Below, piece after piece: positions 19,860 to 29,996 of a stretch of DNA of 56,340 nt (the stretch's first letter is position 1; each line of letters opens with the position of its first letter). Source of the stretch: Patescibacteria group bacterium (GTDB taxonomy: Bacteria; Patescibacteriota; Minisyncoccia; GWC2-36-17; M10-OD1-4); the NCBI GenBank assembly GCA_038061695.1, contig JBBTYT010000006.1:1-56340 (forward strand), written 5' to 3'. A model generated the notes under the pieces. It worked only from the letters and a program-made list of their open reading frames with translations. It made no database searches and was not told the origin of the DNA. Position numbers and translations under genes: made by a program.

Positions 19860-21760
19860 GAGAGAGTAGAATTATAAATATTATAAAATGGTTAATCGCG
19901 GCATCTTTTTTTACACCGCTTATAGTTTTATCTTCATTTTATTTCCCGCTAATAGTCCCAAAAACACTCATATTTCAAGCTTTAATAGAGTGCACGCTAT
20001 TTTTATACATACTGCTTGTTATTTCAAATAAATCATATTTGCCAAAGTTTGATGCATTGACAAAAAGCGTTCTTTCATTTTTTTGTATTTTCTTTATATC
20101 GGCAATTTTTGGAGAGAATGTTTTTAGATCTTTTTTTGGAACATTTGAAAGGATGCTAGGAATATTTAATTTAGCGCATTTTGTCATACTTTTTTTAATT
20201 GCAAAGTCTATTTTTATAAAAGAGAAAGATTGGATTTTTCTTTTCAGATCATTTGTAGTGGCGGGTTTAGCTGTTGCTTTGTATGGGGTTGGACAGAAAT
20301 TAGGATTTTCTTTTTTATATAATGCCGGGACAAATAGGATAGATTCAACAATAGGTAATGCGGCATTTCTTGCCTCTTATATGATATTTAATATATTTTT
20401 TTCTATATTCTTAATCGTAAAGGATAAAAGAGATTTTAAGTTTTTTTACATTATATCTTTGTTTTTGTCTTTTATCGTTCTTTATCTCAGCGCAACAAGA
20501 GGCGCGATATTAGGTCTATTTTTAGCATTTTTATTTTTATTGGTGGCAATGCTTGTAAAAAACAGGAATAATCTTGGTAATTTTTTTAATTTGGCTAAGA
20601 ATAGAGGTTTTGCATTAGCGCTTGGAGGACTCGCTTTATTTATAATACTTTTTTTCTTAAGTCCGAGCGACTTTTTAGAACCTATCAAAAGAATAAATTC
20701 AATCTCTTTATCTGATGCGACTACAAAGACAAGAATATTATCTGCTGGAGTTAGCTTTGATGGTATGAAGGAACATCCAATCTTTGGATGGGGAATGGAA
20801 AATTATAATTTAATTTTTGATAAATATTATGATATTAGGCTTTATCAAATAGAAAATTGGTTTGATCATGCGCATAATATAATTTTTGATACACTTTCTT
20901 CAGCTGGAATCTTAGGACTCTTGAGTTATATATCTATTTTTATAGTGGCTATCATAATGCTTTTAAAATATAAAAAGAAAGATAATGAAAATTTCTTTAT
21001 AAGTTACCTTTTTATAGCTTTGCTTTTAGCTTACTTTTTTCAAAATTTATTTGTTTTTGATTCTTTAGCTACCTATATTTCATTTTTCTTTATTTTAGCA
21101 TTTTTTGTATTTTTAACAGTTGAAAAAAATAAGACTATAAAAAAGCCTGAAACGCCAGTTGTGATTCCTGTTCAAGTGCTGGCTATGCTTTTAGTTATAT
21201 TTGCCATTGTTATTTATAATTTTAATATTAAGCCTGCACTAGCATCTTATTATGGTCTTAAAGCTTTACAAGTTCATCCAAAGCAATCAAACCAAGCTTT
21301 AGCATATTTTAAAAAATCTTTTGATATATCTCTTATGGGAAAGCCTGAGATGCGTGCAAAGATGATCTCGTATGCTGATTTTTTATCGAAAGATAAGGAA
21401 GTTTCAGAGGATCAAAGAAGAAGATTTTTTGATGTAGTAGAAGATGAGTTAATGAAGTCTATTTTAGAGGAACCAAAAAACTTCAGATATTATCTTAATT
21501 TAGCCAATATGGCTATTATAGATGGCGGTAATAATGCATTTTTACAAGAGACGGCTGATTTATTAGAAAAAATATCAGAATTAGCGCCAAATAAACCAAT
21601 TTTATATCTCCAAAGATATCAAATATATATAATGTTAAATAAAAAAGATAAAGCATTAAGAGATCTTAAAAAAGCTATAGAGCTAACAGGTGATGTGAAA
21701 TTAGAGATGTTGCTTGCCTCATATTATAATAAGTTAAATGATAAGAAGTCCGCAAAATAA
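19856..21760 (+). CDS. O-antigen ligase-like (Wzy_C) + TPR protein, paralog 3
   Basis: GNAAFLASY, TRGAILGL, PIFGWGMENY, DHAHN; 4-nt ATGA overlap with paralog 2. Confidence 0.85.
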   Translation: MRESRIINIIKWLIAASFFTPLIVLSSFYFPLIVPKTLIFQALIECTLFLYILLVISNKSYLPKFDALTKSVLSFFCIFFISAIFGENVFRSFFGTFERMLGIFNLAHFVILFLIAKSIFIKEKDWIFLFRSFVVAGLAVALYGVGQKLGFSFLYNAGTNRIDSTIGNAAFLASYMIFNIFFSIFLIVKDKRDFKFFYIISLFLSFIVLYLSATRGAILGLFLAFLFLLVAMLVKNRNNLGNFFNLAKNRGFALALGGLALFIILFFLSPSDFLEPIKRINSISLSDATTKTRILSAGVSFDGMKEHPIFGWGMENYNLIFDKYYDIRLYQIENWFDHAHNIIFDTLSSAGILGLLSYISIFIVAIIMLLKYKKKDNENFFISYLFIALLLAYFFQNLFVFDSLATYISFFFILAFFVFLTVEKNKTIKKPETPVVIPVQVLAMLLVIFAIVIYNFNIKPALASYYGLKALQVHPKQSNQALAYFKKSFDISLMGKPEMRAKMISYADFLSKDKEVSEDQRRRFFDVVEDELMKSILEEPKNFRYYLNLANMAIIDGGNNAFLQETADLLEKISELAPNKPILYLQRYQIYIMLNKKDKALRDLKKAIELTGDVKLEMLLASYYNKLNDKKSAK

Positions 21761-21763
21761 TTT

Positions 21764-22186
21764 ATGAAAGAAGAAAAATCATTCGGTCTTATTCCAATAT
21801 TTAAAAAAGACAATGAAACTTTGTTTTTTATTATTCAGCATAATGCTGGTCATTGGGGTTTTCCAAAAGGGCATAAAGAGTTTGGTGAGTCTGATATTGA
21901 ATCAGCAAAAAGAGAATTTAAAGAAGAGAGTGGAATAGAGGATTTTGAAATAATTGACGAGGATATATATTTTGAAGAACGATATATAATAAAGAGAGGA
22001 TATGAGGATATGGAAAAAATAGTTAAATATTATATAGGGGTAGTTAAAAATCAAGATGTGCATATTCAAAAAAGAGAGGTGATGGATTATAAGTGGTTAA
22101 ATTTTGATGATGCAAATAATATTTTAACCTTTAAAGAGGGAAAAGAGTTGTTAAGAAGAGTTTTGGATAGATGTCAACTCTTTTAA
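21764..22186 (+). CDS. NUDIX hydrolase (Ap4A hydrolase-like)
   Basis: HWGFPKG followed by the Nudix box GHKEFGESDIESAKREFKEESGI. Confidence 0.9.
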   Translation: MKEEKSFGLIPIFKKDNETLFFIIQHNAGHWGFPKGHKEFGESDIESAKREFKEESGIEDFEIIDEDIYFEERYIIKRGYEDMEKIVKYYIGVVKNQDVHIQKREVMDYKWLNFDDANNILTFKEGKELLRRVLDRCQLF

Positions 22187-22254
22187 AGTTTAATCATTGA
22201 CGAATGCGGTCTTTTTAGTATAGAATAATAACCAAATTGGTATTGACTTTGAAT

Positions 22255-23700
22255 ATGGGAAATATATATAAAATTTTATTAAAACCATTTGAATATTTCT
22301 GGAATGGTCTTGGGCTTATTTTCAGGTTTTTATTTATGCCGAATGGCGAGAAGCAAAAAGCGGGATATATATTAACTATTGTGATTATCGTATCTTTCTT
22401 CGCTTTTGCATTAGATTTTCCATCATATTGGGATAAGTCAGTGGATTATTTGAATGTGAAATATGCAAAGAATATACCTCATTTTAAGAATATTCCTTTT
22501 TCTTTAGGTCTAGACCTTCAAGGTGGGGCACATCTTGTTTATTTGGCTGATATGTCAGCTGTTGCAAATTCAGATAAGAAGGATTCTTTAGAGGGAATGC
22601 GTGATGTTATAGATAGAAGAGTGAATTTATTTGGAATTTCTGAGCCAATAGTCCAGACTTCCCAATCTTCCGGTGAATATAAGATTATAGTTGAGCTTGC
22701 AGGTGTTAAAGATCTCTCTTCAGCTATAAAAATGATAGGTGATACTCCATTTTTAGAGTTTAAAGAAGAGAGAGCTCAAGCAGAATCAGAGGCTATACTT
22801 AAAGCAAGAGAAGAGGGTAAAAGGCTTTTTGAGGATCCGTATTATATTCCTTCAAATTTAAATGGGAAATATTTGGAAAATTCAGAGCTTACATTTGACC
22901 AGAATACAAATGCTCCAGTTGTAAATATATATTTTAATAATGATGGATCTAAGCTATTTGAGGAACTAACAAAAAAGAATGTTGGAAAGACAGTGGCAAT
23001 ATATCTTGATGGTTCTCCGATATCCGCTCCAAGAGTGAATGAAATTATTTCCGGAGGTAGAGCTGTGATAACAGGTGATTTCACTGTGGAGGAGGCAAAG
23101 CTTCTTGTTGGCAGGATGAAGTCAGGAGCTTTACCAGTGCCTATTAAACTTGTTTCTCAGCAAACAATAGAAGCATCCTTAGGAGAACAGGACTTATCAA
23201 AATCTCTTAAAGCCGGAACATATGCATTTTTATTGGTATGTATATTTATGATTTTATGGTATAGAATTCCAGGCATATTAGCGGTTATATCGCTTGTGAT
23301 GTATTCTGTATTGCTTATTGCTATATTTAAGTTATTACCTGTTACTTTGACACTGTCCGGAATCGCCGGGTTTATCTTATCTATCGGTATGGCAGTTGAT
23401 GCTAATGTTTTAATCTTTGCAAGGATGAAAGAAGAGTTTAAGAGAGGTAAATCATTTTCTCTTGTGATAGATGATTCTTTTAAAAGAGCGTGGCCTTCAA
23501 TCCGAGATTCAAATCTCTCCACATTGATTACATGTGCAATATTATATATATTTACGACAAGCTTAATAAAGGGCTTTGCTTTAACATTAGCTTTGGGGGT
23601 TTTAGTTTCAATGTTTTCAGCCGTCTTTATTACTAGGTTATTACTTAAGATATTTTCAGGATTAAAATTAGAAAGAGGTAAATTTTTATGGTACAAATAA
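22255..23700 (+). CDS. secD: Protein translocase subunit SecD
   Basis: LGLDLQGG, RRVNLFGISEP, SGALPVP, IGMAVDANVLIF, IKGFALTL. ATG 22255 likely start. Confidence 0.96.
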   Translation: MGNIYKILLKPFEYFWNGLGLIFRFLFMPNGEKQKAGYILTIVIIVSFFAFALDFPSYWDKSVDYLNVKYAKNIPHFKNIPFSLGLDLQGGAHLVYLADMSAVANSDKKDSLEGMRDVIDRRVNLFGISEPIVQTSQSSGEYKIIVELAGVKDLSSAIKMIGDTPFLEFKEERAQAESEAILKAREEGKRLFEDPYYIPSNLNGKYLENSELTFDQNTNAPVVNIYFNNDGSKLFEELTKKNVGKTVAIYLDGSPISAPRVNEIISGGRAVITGDFTVEEAKLLVGRMKSGALPVPIKLVSQQTIEASLGEQDLSKSLKAGTYAFLLVCIFMILWYRIPGILAVISLVMYSVLLIAIFKLLPVTLTLSGIAGFILSIGMAVDANVLIFARMKEEFKRGKSFSLVIDDSFKRAWPSIRDSNLSTLITCAILYIFTTSLIKGFALTLALGVLVSMFSAVFITRLLLKIFSGLKLERGKFLWYK

Positions 23701-24602
23701 CAAAATATAGAAATATTTACTATTATTTATCAGGTGTTTTAGTAGGACTTTCAATCTTATCTTTTTTGGTCTTTGGTTTAAATTTAGGAGTTGATTTTAA
23801 GGGTGGTTCATTGATTTTTGGTGAATTTCAGACGGAAATGCTATCAAAAGAAGAGATTTCAGAATCTCTGGCAAAATATGAACTTGGTGATATTGTTGTT
23901 CAGCCTTCAGGAGAAAGAGGTGTTTTCATAAGAATAAAAGAGGTAAGCGAGGATACACACCAAGAGATTTTAGTAACCTTAAATGAAGTCGCTTTAAAAA
24001 AGAATAAAGATAATAAGTTTCTGCAAAAAAGTTATGAATCTGTGGGTCCTTCCGTGAGTTCAGAGTTAAGTAGTAAGGCTATTAATGCAGTTGCTTTTGT
24101 TTTAATTGCTATCGTGCTTTTCGTAGCTTTTGCATTTAGAAAAGTTTCATATCCGCTATCATCATGGAAATATGGACTTGCAACGTTAGTTGCTTTGTTT
24201 CATGATGTTATTATTCCTGTTGGTGTATTTGCGCTCTTAGGATATTTTTATAATATAGAAATATCAAGCGCATTTATTGCGGCAATATTGACTGTTTTGG
24301 GCTACTCAGTACATGACACAATTATAGTATTTGACAGAGTAAGAGAGAATTTAATGAGAAATGTTGGAAAGGATTTTGAGGAGACAGTTAATATATCTGT
24401 CAATCAGACATTCGTAAGATCTTTAAATACATCATTAACAGTGGTCTTGGTTCTTATATCTATATATCTTTTTGGAGGTGAATCTATAAAGTATTTTGCT
24501 TTGACTCTCATTATAGGTATTGTGGCTGGAACATATTCATCTATATTTGTAGGAAGCAATGTTTTGGTAAGTATGGAGAAGAGATTAAACTTGAAAAAGT
24601 AG
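23688..24602 (+). CDS. secF: Protein translocase subunit SecF
   Basis: GVDFKGG, VGPSV, HDVII, GYSVHDTIIVFDRVREN, GTYSSIF. Confidence 0.96.
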   Translation: MVQITKYRNIYYYLSGVLVGLSILSFLVFGLNLGVDFKGGSLIFGEFQTEMLSKEEISESLAKYELGDIVVQPSGERGVFIRIKEVSEDTHQEILVTLNEVALKKNKDNKFLQKSYESVGPSVSSELSSKAINAVAFVLIAIVLFVAFAFRKVSYPLSSWKYGLATLVALFHDVIIPVGVFALLGYFYNIEISSAFIAAILTVLGYSVHDTIIVFDRVRENLMRNVGKDFEETVNISVNQTFVRSLNTSLTVVLVLISIYLFGGESIKYFALTLIIGIVAGTYSSIFVGSNVLVSMEKRLNLKK

Positions 24603-24666
24603 AGTTAGTTTTTTGTTTGACTAATTTTAATCTTTATGCTAATATGAAAAATAAGATTTAATATAT

Positions 24667-25725
24667 ATGATTGATAAAGTAAAAAAAATAGATATAATAA
24701 AGATAACAAATGATCTTATTTCATCTCTATCAGATAAACAGAGCGATGTTTTGGTCAAAAGATTTGGTCTTAAAGATGGTAAAAGAAGAACTCTTGAAGA
24801 GATAGGACGTGGTTATAATATTACAAGAGAGAGGGTGAGACAGATAGAAAATGATGCTAAAGCGGCATTCTTAAAGTTGAAAGATATAAAAAAACTCGAT
24901 GCATTTTTCAATGCTTTGGAATATCATATTGAGAATTTCGGAGGATTAAGAATAGAAAATCATCTTCTAAGCACAGACTTAGCAAGATTTTTTCCTAAAG
25001 ATATAGAAGAAAAAGAAGCAGAGTCTTTTATGTATTTTTTATTAAATTCTTCTTCTAGATTTATAAAAACACCGGAAAGTCAGGATTTTTATGGTATTTG
25101 GTCACTTAAAAAATCAATCGTTCAAATTGCTAAGAGTTCCTTAGAGCTATTGGTTAAGAAGCTTGCAAGCTTTGAGAATACAATAACAAGAAAAGAGCTC
25201 TTAAAATGGTTGTCTGATATAGTATCTCAAGATCTGTCAGACGGAGCTTTAGAGTCATATCTGTCAGCGTCAAAAAATATCTCTTCAAATGTTTATGGTG
25301 ATTATGGGTTAAAATATTGGTCAGAAATTTCCACAAAGGGAGTTCGTGATAAAGCTTACTTGGTTTTAAAGAAATATGGCAAACCAATGCATTTTAGATT
25401 TGTTGTTGATGAGATAAATGATAAATTTAAAAATAAAAGAAAAGCGCATCCGCAGACAGTTCACAATGAACTGATAAAAGATGATAAATTTATATTGGTA
25501 GGCAGAGGAACATATGCTTTATCAGATTGGGGTTTTAAATCAGGAACAGTTTCAGATGTTTTAAAAAGAGTCTTACAAGACAATAATGGACCGATGAAAA
25601 AAGAAGATATATTAGGTGCTGTTTTAAAAGAAAGAGATGTAAAGGAAAATACAGTTATGCTAAACTTGCAAAATCGTGATTTTTTTGAGAAAATAAATGA
25701 TGGAAGGTATATCTATAAAGCATAG
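24667..25725 (+). CDS. Sigma70 region-4 domain fused to HARE-HTH/RNAP-delta-like winged helices
   Basis: RFGL..G.RRTLEEIG..YNITRERVRQIE at the N-terminus; HPQTVHNELI.D.KF.LVGRG.YAL.DW at the C-terminus; no recognisable sigma region 2. Confidence 0.75.
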   Translation: MIDKVKKIDIIKITNDLISSLSDKQSDVLVKRFGLKDGKRRTLEEIGRGYNITRERVRQIENDAKAAFLKLKDIKKLDAFFNALEYHIENFGGLRIENHLLSTDLARFFPKDIEEKEAESFMYFLLNSSSRFIKTPESQDFYGIWSLKKSIVQIAKSSLELLVKKLASFENTITRKELLKWLSDIVSQDLSDGALESYLSASKNISSNVYGDYGLKYWSEISTKGVRDKAYLVLKKYGKPMHFRFVVDEINDKFKNKRKAHPQTVHNELIKDDKFILVGRGTYALSDWGFKSGTVSDVLKRVLQDNNGPMKKEDILGAVLKERDVKENTVMLNLQNRDFFEKINDGRYIYKA

Positions 25726-25730
25726 TAATT

Positions 25731-26984
25731 ATGGATGTCGGATTTCTAGATTTTGTTAACGCAATGATAAGCTGGGGATGGGTGGCGTTGCCCATCTTTC
25801 TTTTTTTCGTTTGGAAAACATTATGGATGGATTATATTAGACTTAAATATAGACTTAGTATAGAGTGGATAGTTCTTGAGATTAGATTGCCACAAATTGT
25901 AGAAAAAACACCAAAAGTTATGGAATATATATTAGCGGGTCTTTATTCTATAAAATCTGGATCTAATATAATAGAAAAATATATAGATGGCAAGAATCAA
26001 CTTGCAATTTCACTTGAGATCGCAAGCATAAATGGTGCCATTCATTTTTTTATAAGAACTCCAGAGGGATATAAAAAATTAATAACTTCTCAAATTTTAG
26101 CCCAATATCCAGAAGCTGATATATATGAAGTTGATGACTATACATTAAGCTTACCTCAAGATATTCCAAATAAGGAGTATGATATGTGGGGGACAGAGCT
26201 TCTTTTTACAAAGGAGGACGCATATCCAATAAGGACATATAAGAATTTTAAAGAAGAGATTTCTCTAGGCGAAGGATCAAAAGGACAGTTTATAGATCCA
26301 ATTTCTTCAATGATGGAAATTCTATCACAATTAGATAATGGAGAGCAAATGTGGATTCATTATTTGATAAAGCCAGCGGATGATAAATGGCAGAAAAAGG
26401 GTCGTGGTCTTATCAATAGAATACTTGGCAAAGAAAAGAAGAAGTTATCTAATAATGTGATTGAAGAGATTTTTTATTTTTTTCATGATATGGTTTGGGT
26501 TTTATTCGGAAAGGTTCCAGAGAGTAAAATAAAGAAAGATGATTCTCAGGAGAAAGATAAGAGATTAAGTCCAGGCGAGAAAGATACAGTGGAAGCTATA
26601 GAAGAGAGTATATCTAAGCACGGATTTCATACTAATATAAGAATTTTATATATTGCCAGAAGAGAGTTATTTTCAGAACCAAATACTCGGGCAATATGGG
26701 GAACATTTAATCAATTTTCAACATTTAATTTAAATGGATTTAAGAAGAATGATAGAGTTACTCCAGGAGTTGATTATTTTTTTGTTAAAACAAGAGATCA
26801 TTTAAGAAAAAGGAAACTTTACTTAAATGCTAGAAATAAGATTTTTAAAGATAGGGGAATGATTTTAAATATAGAGGAACTTGCCACCGTGTATCATATT
26901 CCATCTGTGATTGTTGAAACGCCTTCATTACCTAAAGTTGAGCATAAAAAGGTTAATCCGCCAAGTAGTTTACCAGTAATTTAA
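25731..26984 (+). CDS. Conserved membrane-anchored hypothetical protein, probable partner of the downstream ATPase
   Basis: N-terminal TM; SLEI, AQYPEA, YPIRTY, LNIEELATVYHIP, Pro-rich end. Confidence 0.65.
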   Translation: MDVGFLDFVNAMISWGWVALPIFLFFVWKTLWMDYIRLKYRLSIEWIVLEIRLPQIVEKTPKVMEYILAGLYSIKSGSNIIEKYIDGKNQLAISLEIASINGAIHFFIRTPEGYKKLITSQILAQYPEADIYEVDDYTLSLPQDIPNKEYDMWGTELLFTKEDAYPIRTYKNFKEEISLGEGSKGQFIDPISSMMEILSQLDNGEQMWIHYLIKPADDKWQKKGRGLINRILGKEKKKLSNNVIEEIFYFFHDMVWVLFGKVPESKIKKDDSQEKDKRLSPGEKDTVEAIEESISKHGFHTNIRILYIARRELFSEPNTRAIWGTFNQFSTFNLNGFKKNDRVTPGVDYFFVKTRDHLRKRKLYLNARNKIFKDRGMILNIEELATVYHIPSVIVETPSLPKVEHKKVNPPSSLPVI

Positions 26985-26999
26985 AGTGTATTATAAGAT

Positions 27000-28712
27000 A
27001 TGGAAGAAATAGTGCCATTTGCAAAAACTAATTTTAGAAATAAGGGTCAAGTTTTTGGTATAAAAACTGACGATAGAAGAAGGCATATGTATGTCATCGG
27101 AAAGACTGGTACTGGCAAGTCAACTTTGTTGAAAAATATGATGATTTCAGATATAAGAGCAGGAAGGGGTGTGGGAATAATAGATCCGCACGGCGAGTTT
27201 GCGGAAACAATATTAGAGTATGTTCCAGAGTCAAGAAAGAATGATGTTGTATATTTTAATCCGGCTGATATGGATTTTCCAATAGCTTTTAATATTGCCG
27301 AGTCTGTTTCTCCAAGAGAGAGGCATTTAATAGCTTCGGGTCTCATAGGTATTTTCAAAAAACTTTGGGCTGATTCATGGGGTCCCAGACTTGAATATGT
27401 TTTAAGAAATACAATTTTAGCTCTTCTTGAATGTAAGGATAGCACGCTACTTGGTATTATGAGGATGTTATCTGATAAAGAATATAGAAAACATGTTTTG
27501 GAGCAGGTTACAGATCCTGTTATTAAGTCATTTTGGCTGGATGAGTTCTCCAAGTATTCATCTAAATTTGAGGTTGAGGCGATTGCGCCAATACAAAATA
27601 AAGTTGGTCAATTTTTAACTAATCCACTTATTAGAAATATAGTTGGACAGCAGAGATCCTCAATAAATATAAGAGAGATAATGGATAATAAGAAGATATT
27701 AATAGTTAATGTTTCCAAAGGGAGAATAGGAGAGGATACTTCAAAACTTTTAGGCGCTATGATAATCACAAAGATTCAGCAGGCCGCTATGTCGCGTATT
27801 GATACACCGGAAAAAGATAGAGAGGATTTTTTCTTATATGTAGATGAGTTTCAAAATTTTGCAACAGAATCTTTCGCAGATATTTTATCCGAAGCGAGAA
27901 AATATCGTCTTTCTTTAATACTCGCTCATCAATATGTAAATCAACTTATAGAGGAGGTAAGAGATGCTGTTATTGGAAATGTAGGCACTTTAACATTATT
28001 CAGAATCGGAGCTGAAGATGCTGAATTTTTTGAAAAAGAGTTTGCTCCAGAAGTAGATGCTCAGAATTTAGTAAATTTACCAAATCATAAAATATATCTC
28101 AAATTAATGATTGACGGAGTGACTTCAAACGCATTTTCAGCGGATACATTGATGCCATTAAGTCCAGAAGATGTAAATTTTCAGGAAGAAATTATACTTC
28201 TCTCAAGAAATAAATATGCGAGCAATAAAAAAGATGTTGAAGATATTATAACAAACTGGTCAAAGCCAATGGGTGTCGAATCTTTAAAGGTAGATGTAGA
28301 TATTAAGCTTTATGGTGTAACTTGTTCCAGATGTAAAAAAGTGACTCAAGTGCCATTTGAGCCAGATCCTAAAAGATCGGTATTTTGCAAAGAGTGTTAT
28401 GCTGATGTTAAAAAAGAACAGTCAAAAGTATTGTTGAAAGGTCTAGTAAAAGATACAAAAATAGATATGAAACAACCACTTCTTTTGCAAAAAAAAGATG
28501 TCCAGAAGCTTTCAGCATCAAGAGAGAGTATTTATAAGATAGAGGATAAAGTTTTAGATAGTAGCATAAAGAATGAGAGTATATCTCTCAAAGATGCTCT
28601 AAAAATTGGAGCTAGAACATTTTCAGGCAAGAATATATATGATGAAAAGATAGAGAAGGAAGATGATAAAAAATCTGGTATAATAAATCCAGGAGATACT
28701 ATTAAATTTTAG
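27000..28712 (+). CDS. TraD/TrwB/HerA-like P-loop ATPase (type IV coupling protein family) with CxxC-x17-CxxC zinc ribbon
   Basis: DRRRHMYVIGKTGTGKS, IDPHG, YVDEFQNF, EARKYRL..ILAHQY; CSRC-x17-CKEC. Confidence 0.85.
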   Translation: MEEIVPFAKTNFRNKGQVFGIKTDDRRRHMYVIGKTGTGKSTLLKNMMISDIRAGRGVGIIDPHGEFAETILEYVPESRKNDVVYFNPADMDFPIAFNIAESVSPRERHLIASGLIGIFKKLWADSWGPRLEYVLRNTILALLECKDSTLLGIMRMLSDKEYRKHVLEQVTDPVIKSFWLDEFSKYSSKFEVEAIAPIQNKVGQFLTNPLIRNIVGQQRSSINIREIMDNKKILIVNVSKGRIGEDTSKLLGAMIITKIQQAAMSRIDTPEKDREDFFLYVDEFQNFATESFADILSEARKYRLSLILAHQYVNQLIEEVRDAVIGNVGTLTLFRIGAEDAEFFEKEFAPEVDAQNLVNLPNHKIYLKLMIDGVTSNAFSADTLMPLSPEDVNFQEEIILLSRNKYASNKKDVEDIITNWSKPMGVESLKVDVDIKLYGVTCSRCKKVTQVPFEPDPKRSVFCKECYADVKKEQSKVLLKGLVKDTKIDMKQPLLLQKKDVQKLSASRESIYKIEDKVLDSSIKNESISLKDALKIGARTFSGKNIYDEKIEKEDDKKSGIINPGDTIKF

Positions 28713-29284
28713 TTAGCTTTTTCAGCTCGTTCTATATATGATCTTGTTTCCGTGTTTACTTTGATAATGTCATCTTGATTTATAAATAGCGGGACATTTA
28801 TTGTTGCGCCAGTTTCAACCTTAGCTTGTTTAGTTCCGCCCTGAGCGGTGTCACCTTTAATCCCAGGGGGAGCCTCAGTAATTTTTAATTCTACCTTAAT
28901 TGGAATTCTTACACCTATAATCTTCTCATCATACATAGAGGCTTCAATTAATGAATTAGATTTTATAAAATCCATTTTATCTTTAACTATAGATTCTTTG
29001 AGAGAGAATCTATTTTTTGGATTATTTTCTTCACAGAACCAATATTCTCCTTTATTTAAATATAAGTATTTAATTTTATTGTAGGATATTTCAGCCGCTT
29101 CTATCTTGTCGCTTTGGTGAAATGTATGGTTTTGTGTATTGCCAGTGATAATATTTCGCATTTTTACCTGAGCAACAGGCTTTCTTTGTTGCATTCTTAA
29201 AAAATCATATTCCAAGACTTCATATGGATCTCCATTAAATCTTAGTAATGTACCAGGCTTTAATTCATTGTAATTTAGTTGCAT
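28709..29284 (-). CDS. efp: Elongation factor P
   Basis: LRMQQRKP loop, PPGIKGDT, ETGATINVPLFI. Confidence 0.95.
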   Translation of the reverse strand: MQLNYNELKPGTLLRFNGDPYEVLEYDFLRMQQRKPVAQVKMRNIITGNTQNHTFHQSDKIEAAEISYNKIKYLYLNKGEYWFCEENNPKNRFSLKESIVKDKMDFIKSNSLIEASMYDEKIIGVRIPIKVELKITEAPPGIKGDTAQGGTKQAKVETGATINVPLFINQDDIIKVNTETRSYIERAEKAN

Positions 29285-29408
29285 AATATTGATAATTACT
29301 ATCTTTAAACCTCTTAATAAAAGGTCTCCTATTTATATCAGAAAAAATGATATTTATCAATAACCCATGTTAATTTTAAATTTTTCATTTTATTGTTATA
29401 ATTAAAGG

Positions 29409-29996
29409 ATGACTTTAGAGGAGATAGAAAAGCAAGTTAAAAAATGCAAAAAGTGCAGGCTTTACAAAGAGAGAAAAAACGCTGTTTTTGGCGAAGGGAA
29501 TTATAGCGCAAAAATTGTCTTTATTGGTGAGGCCCCAGGTAAGAATGAAGATTTAGAAGGCAGACCTTTTATAGGCTCTGCAGGTAAATTTCTAAATTCA
29601 ATGTTAGAGTCTATTAATATTAGGCGTGAAGATGTTTTTATAACAAATATTGTGAAATGCAGACCACCTAATAATAGAGAGCCTTTGGATGACGAGGTTT
29701 ATATATGTACATCATTGTATTTATGGAATCAGTTGGAGTTGATTAATCCTATTTTAATTGTTATATTAGGTAGGCATTCAATGTATAGATTTTTACCTAA
29801 AAATTTGAAAATTTCAGATATTCATGGTAAGTTAAAAAATTTTATAAATGAAAAAACAGGAAAATTTTTTAATATTCTTCCTTTGTATCATCCGGCAGCC
29901 GCTCTTTATAATGGAAGTTTAAGAGAGATATTAAAGAAAGATTTTAAAAAGATTCCTAAAATTTTAGAAAAATTAAGAAAAAAAGATGAAAATTAA
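29409..29996 (+). CDS. Uracil-DNA glycosylase family 4
   Basis: CKKCRL, GEAPG..ED..GRPF.G.AG, KCRPPNNR, YHPAA. Confidence 0.95.
   Translation: MTLEEIEKQVKKCKKCRLYKERKNAVFGEGNYSAKIVFIGEAPGKNEDLEGRPFIGSAGKFLNSMLESINIRREDVFITNIVKCRPPNNREPLDDEVYICTSLYLWNQLELINPILIVILGRHSMYRFLPKNLKISDIHGKLKNFINEKTGKFFNILPLYHPAAALYNGSLREILKKDFKKIPKILEKLRKKDEN

Noticed and set aside
28709-28712. 4-nt overlap of convergent efp and ATPase stop codons
   Set aside because: Common in compact genomes.
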